DNA from: Candidatus Eiseniibacteriota bacterium
Lineage (GTDB): Bacteria > ARS69
Assembly (NCBI GenBank): GCA_052390515.1
Contig: JBQTGV010000152.1
Location: 1 to 18,570 of the forward strand
DNA length: 18,570 nucleotides
Direction: 5' to 3'
The position numbers and the translations under genes were made by a program. The notes beneath the pieces were generated by a model. The model made no database searches and had not been told where the DNA came from. It saw only the letters and a list, made by a program, of their open reading frames with translations. Shown here in pieces: positions 15,415 to 18,570 of this stretch (positions within the stretch are counted from its first letter, which is position 1; the number at the start of each line of letters is the position of its first letter).

Positions 15415-17357
15415 TCCCCCGTGGTTTCCGCATCCCGGCCTTCGCACTCGCCCTGAGCGCCGTGAGCGCGTTGACGCCGCGTCCCGCCGACGCCCTGCGC
15501 TTCATGACGTACAACCTGCTGAACTACAGCGGCGGCCGCGAGGTGGAGTTCCGCACGGTCCTGATGCAGACCCAGCCGGATGTGCTGGTGGTGGAGGAGA
15601 TCCTCTCCCAGACCGGCGTCGACAACTTCCTGAACAACGTGCTGAACGTCGTCAACCCCGGCGAGTGGGCGGCGGGAACGTTCGTGAACGGTCCGGACAC
15701 CGACAACGGGTTCTTCTATCGTCCGGCGAAGGTGACGTACCTCTCGCACTTCGTGATCTCGACGTCCCTGCGGGACATCAGCGAGTGGACGTTCCGGCCG
15801 TCGACGCACTCGTCGTCGTCGGCGAACATGCGCGCCTACGTCGTGCATCTGAAGGCCAGCCAGGGCAGCTCGGAGGAGGCGCAGAGACTCGCCGAGGTCA
15901 CCGCCATGCGCGCGCGCATGGAGACGTTCCCGGCGGGGCAGAACTACACGGTGACCGGGGACTTCAACATCTACACGAACACGGAGTCGCCGTACCAGTA
16001 CATGATCAACCCCGCGAACGGCACGGCGGGCGTCGTGGTGGATCCGATCGCGCGCGAGGGCAACTGGCACGATAACCCGGCCTTCGCCGACATCCACTCC
16101 CAATCGCCCCGGACTCTCTCTTTCGGGGGCGGCGCGACCGGAGGTATGGACGACCGCTTCGACATGATCCTCGTCGGACCGGCACTGCTGGACGGAGAGG
16201 GGCTCGACGCGCTGCCGGCGACGTATCGCGCGTTTGCTCAGGACGGGCAGCATTTCAACGGAGCGATCAACGTCGCTCCGTTCGACTCGGTGGACGCCGC
16301 CACGGCGCAGGCGCTGCACGACGCGAGCGACCATCTGCCGGTGTTCGTGGACCTGCAGGGTTACGCCGTCCTGGTGGTCGACGCCTCGCTGGCTCTCGGC
16401 TCGGCCATCGTCGGCGGGAGCGCTTCGGCGAATCTCACCGTCTCGAACGGCGCGGTGCTGCCGGCGGACGACCTGGACTACACGCTGACCGCACCGGCGG
16501 GATTCAGCGCACCGGCGGGCTCCTTCGCGCGGACGGCGGGCGGGGGTGCGGCGCTGCACGTCATCGCCCTCGACACGGCCGGGCCCGGGGCGAAGTCCGG
16601 GAGTCTCACGGTTTCCTCCGACGACCCGGACGCGCTCACCGAGCTCGTGCCGTTGACCGGCACGGTGCTCTCGCACGCGGAGGCCAGCGTCGACGGGATC
16701 ACGCTGCTCCACTCCGGGCTGCTGGATCTCGGCACCGTCGCGGCGGGAGACACGGCGAACGGCGCCGCGGCCGCCCACAACTTCGCCTGGACGGCGCTGC
16801 AGGCGCTGCTCGACGTGCACGCGTTCACGCTCTCGGGGGATCCGCGCTTCTTCCTGGACGGAGGCTTCGCTCCGGCAGCGGTCGGTGCGGCGCCCGCCTC
16901 CTTCGCGGTCGGCTTCGACGCGGTGGGCGCCGCGACCGGAGCCTACGCCGGCACGCTCACCCTGCACACGCGGGACCAGCAGGATCTGTCCGGTGCCGTC
17001 GACCTCGCCGACCTGGTCTGGAGCCTGTCCGCCACGGTGAGCGACGCGGTCGCCGCCGCCTCCGTGTCGGCGCTGCCCGACCGCGACGGCTTCGTCGCGG
17101 TACGTCCGAACCCCTTCGACCCGTTCACCGAGATCTCGTTCGGTCTTCGACGGCCGGGCGGCGTGGAGCTGACAGTCTACTCGGTGACGGGTCGCGCGGT
17201 GGCGAAGCTCTCGTCCGGCGGCCGTGCCGCCGGCGTGCACATCGTGCGCTGGGACGGGCGTGACTCGTCGGGCAGCGCGGTTTCGCCGGGGATCTACTTC
17301 GCCAGGCTCGTCACCGGCGAGGTGGTGGAGACGCGGAAGTTGGTCAAGGCTCGCTGA
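15411..17357 (+). CDS. Secreted endonuclease/exonuclease/phosphatase (EEP) family protein with Ig-like domains and C-terminal FlgD-Ig/T9SS-A-like domain
   Basis: Signal peptide (..ALALSAVSALTPRPADA), EEP motifs MTYNLLN, VEE, HLKA, GDFN, DRFD, SDHLPV; tail PNPFDPFT...WDGRDSSG..VSPGIYFARL...TRKLV. Confidence 0.9.
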   Translation: MIPRGFRIPAFALALSAVSALTPRPADALRFMTYNLLNYSGGREVEFRTVLMQTQPDVLVVEEILSQTGVDNFLNNVLNVVNPGEWAAGTFVNGPDTDNGFFYRPAKVTYLSHFVISTSLRDISEWTFRPSTHSSSSANMRAYVVHLKASQGSSEEAQRLAEVTAMRARMETFPAGQNYTVTGDFNIYTNTESPYQYMINPANGTAGVVVDPIAREGNWHDNPAFADIHSQSPRTLSFGGGATGGMDDRFDMILVGPALLDGEGLDALPATYRAFAQDGQHFNGAINVAPFDSVDAATAQALHDASDHLPVFVDLQGYAVLVVDASLALGSAIVGGSASANLTVSNGAVLPADDLDYTLTAPAGFSAPAGSFARTAGGGAALHVIALDTAGPGAKSGSLTVSSDDPDALTELVPLTGTVLSHAEASVDGITLLHSGLLDLGTVAAGDTANGAAAAHNFAWTALQALLDVHAFTLSGDPRFFLDGGFAPAAVGAAPASFAVGFDAVGAATGAYAGTLTLHTRDQQDLSGAVDLADLVWSLSATVSDAVAAASVSALPDRDGFVAVRPNPFDPFTEISFGLRRPGGVELTVYSVTGRAVAKLSSGGRAAGVHIVRWDGRDSSGSAVSPGIYFARLVTGEVVETRKLVKAR

Positions 17358-17477
17358 AGCCGGGCAACGCCGCAGTCCGGTGGCCGCTACGCGGTTCCCT
17401 TGACTTCCGCCTTGCACGAAGCGCAGGCTGGATACGTCGGCGCGTCGCGGGCGAGGAGCTCTGCGCTCCGTCCGGGA

Positions 17478-17576
17478 GTTCCCCCCTCGGACTCGACTGC
17501 GGCGCGTGGGTAGCTGGCGCCGCCCACTTGCCCGGGGCGCGGCGTCGTCGGTCGGTGCGTGTCTGGAGGGGGGAAC
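17478..17576 (+). promoter_or_regulatory. Structured 5' leader with anti-Shine-Dalgarno stem
   Basis: GTTCCCCCCTC (17478-17488) is the exact reverse complement of GAGGGGGGAAC (17566-17576), which overlaps the SD. Inner GTGGG (17506-17510) / CCCAC (17523-17527) hairpin. Confidence 0.6.
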
Positions 17577-17581
17577 GAACG

Positions 17582-18447
17582 ATGCTCACTCACTCACTCA
17601 CTCACTCACTCACTCACTCACTCATAGCCATGGTCTCGAGACCTGTCGCGCGGCGACGCGTCGCCGTTGGGCTGCCTCGCTCGCCGTTGCGCTGGCAGCC
17701 GTCATCACGGGGACATCTCCCGCCAGATCGCAGGAGAGCGCCACGTGCGCCCACGCGGCAGGAGTGCCGTTCCCCGAGGAGTTTGCCCCGCTACCGGTCG
17801 CGGGAGAGGTGCGGGCGCTCTTCATCCTCGTGAGCTTTCCGGATGAGCCAACTTCCGGCGGCTGCGTCCCGGACCCCTGGCCTCACGATCCAGATCCCGG
17901 GACCGCCGTTCCGGCGTGGGCACCGCTGCTGCTGGAGGAGACGGTCCCACCTCAAGCAGGCTCCGGGTCGCTCACGAACTTCTTCTGGCTCATGTCGGCC
18001 GGTCAACACGCCCTGACCGGGAAGACGTACTCGAAGGTCGTGACTCTCACCGCGGGCATGAGCTACTACCTCACCGACCCGGATGGCAGCGGCCCCCTGC
18101 AACCACCCTCGCTGGCGGCTGCGACCCGAGACGCGATCCTAGCGGTGGACTCGGATCCGGAGATCGATTTCTCCGACTTCGATGCGTACCCGCTGCCGAG
18201 CGGCGATGGCGTCGTCGATTTCGTGTTCGTGTACTACCGGCAGAAGCACTCGGGGACTCCCTTAGGCTCCCTGACGGTCTACGGAGGCCTCGGACTTCTG
18301 AGCTTGACGTCGCCGGTCACCGTGGATAGCGGGCCGGATCAACGGACGGTCGTCAGCTCCAACGGTGTGGAGCTCTTCCCCGACAACGTTCTGAGAGGGC
18401 CCGCCGCGTGCCGCGGGACCGCCCTCCATGAGTACGGTCATCACCTA
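17582..18447 (+). pseudogene. M6 (immune inhibitor A-like) secreted metalloprotease, out of frame at the SSR and interrupted by IS630
   Basis: Downstream frame has a signal peptide (RRRWAASLAVALAAVITGTSPARS) and M6-like motifs VRALFILVSFPD, SLTNFF..MSAGQ, IDFSDFD..DGVVDFVFV, GTALHEYGHHL, then stops shortly after entering IS sequence. Confidence 0.8.
17585..17624 (+). repeat. Perfect tetranucleotide microsatellite (CTCA)10
   Basis: 40 nt read directly, starting immediately after ATG 17582-17584. Confidence 0.98.
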
Positions 18448-18570
18448 GTGTCCTGTTTGGTTAGTTAGCAGCATAAGATTTGGCGATCCGTCGGAGGATG
18501 TCATCGGCACTCTTGGTCCAAGCGAAGGGCTTGGGATCCGCGTTCGTCAGCTCGAGGTACGCTTTGATTG
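18446..18570 (-). mobile_element. IS630-family insertion sequence, right end (partial)
   Basis: Abrupt drop in GC at CTAG 18445-18448; terminus TAGTGTCCTG...; IS630-type transposase C-terminus on the minus strand ends 15 nt from the TA. Confidence 0.85.
18461..18568 (-). CDS. IS630 family transposase, C-terminal fragment (runs off window)
   Basis: Minus strand reads IKAYLELTNADPKPFAWTKSADDILRRIAKSYAAN*, matching the IS630 C-terminal N.dPKPF.WTK.ad.Il pattern; not in the ORF track. Confidence 0.87.
   Translation of the reverse strand: MKAYLELTNADPKPFAWTKSADDILRRIAKSYAAN

Noticed and set aside
15240-17417. 725-aa minus-strand ORF
   Set aside because: Antisense shadow of the EEP gene; no recognisable domain.
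17400-17429. Sigma70 promoter TTGACT...CAGGCT
   Set aside because: Good -35 but poor -10; not supportable without TSS data.
17506-17581. GTG 17506 as the true protease start
   Set aside because: No SD, buried in a hairpin, and it would add a long non-signal prefix; ATG 17582 has a strong SD. Disfavoured but not excluded.
17528-17833. 101-aa ORF as an independent gene
   Set aside because: Best explained as the out-of-phase product of the SSR-containing protease start.
1-18570. CRISPR array, tRNA/rRNA genes, intrinsic terminators
   Set aside because: No regularly spaced repeat-spacer array, no cloverleaf or rRNA-like segment, and no hairpin followed by a U-tract was seen in the short intergenic regions.

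Overview
High-GC bacterial chromosomal window. The two secreted proteins with C-terminal PNPF...WDGRD...G.Y...RK.V (FlgD-Ig/T9SS-A-like) tails suggest an FCB-group lineage (inference). In order: end of modA plus modB and modC; an orphan 81-aa ORF with a beta-barrel-type C-terminus; an LPG-synthase/flippase-like membrane protein and yjbQ (minus strand); a divergent queC-queE-queD-queF (preQ1) operon; a large secreted multidomain protein (minus); an Smr protein divergent from rsgA; a leucine catabolism cluster (MCC beta, hydratase, split MCC alpha, HMG-CoA lyase); and a secreted EEP-family nuclease/phosphatase. The most notable locus is the last one, an M6/InhA-like secreted metalloprotease gene. 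It has (i) a structured leader whose 11-bp long-range stem covers its Shine-Dalgarno, (ii) a perfect (CTCA)10 tract directly after its ATG that puts it out of frame (8 or 11 units would restore frame, a candidate phase-variation switch), and (iii) an IS630-family element inserted at a CTAG immediately after the HEYGHHL zinc motif. Several leaderless-type -10 promoters and small repeat structures are also visible. All family calls come from motif recognition by eye, not database searches.
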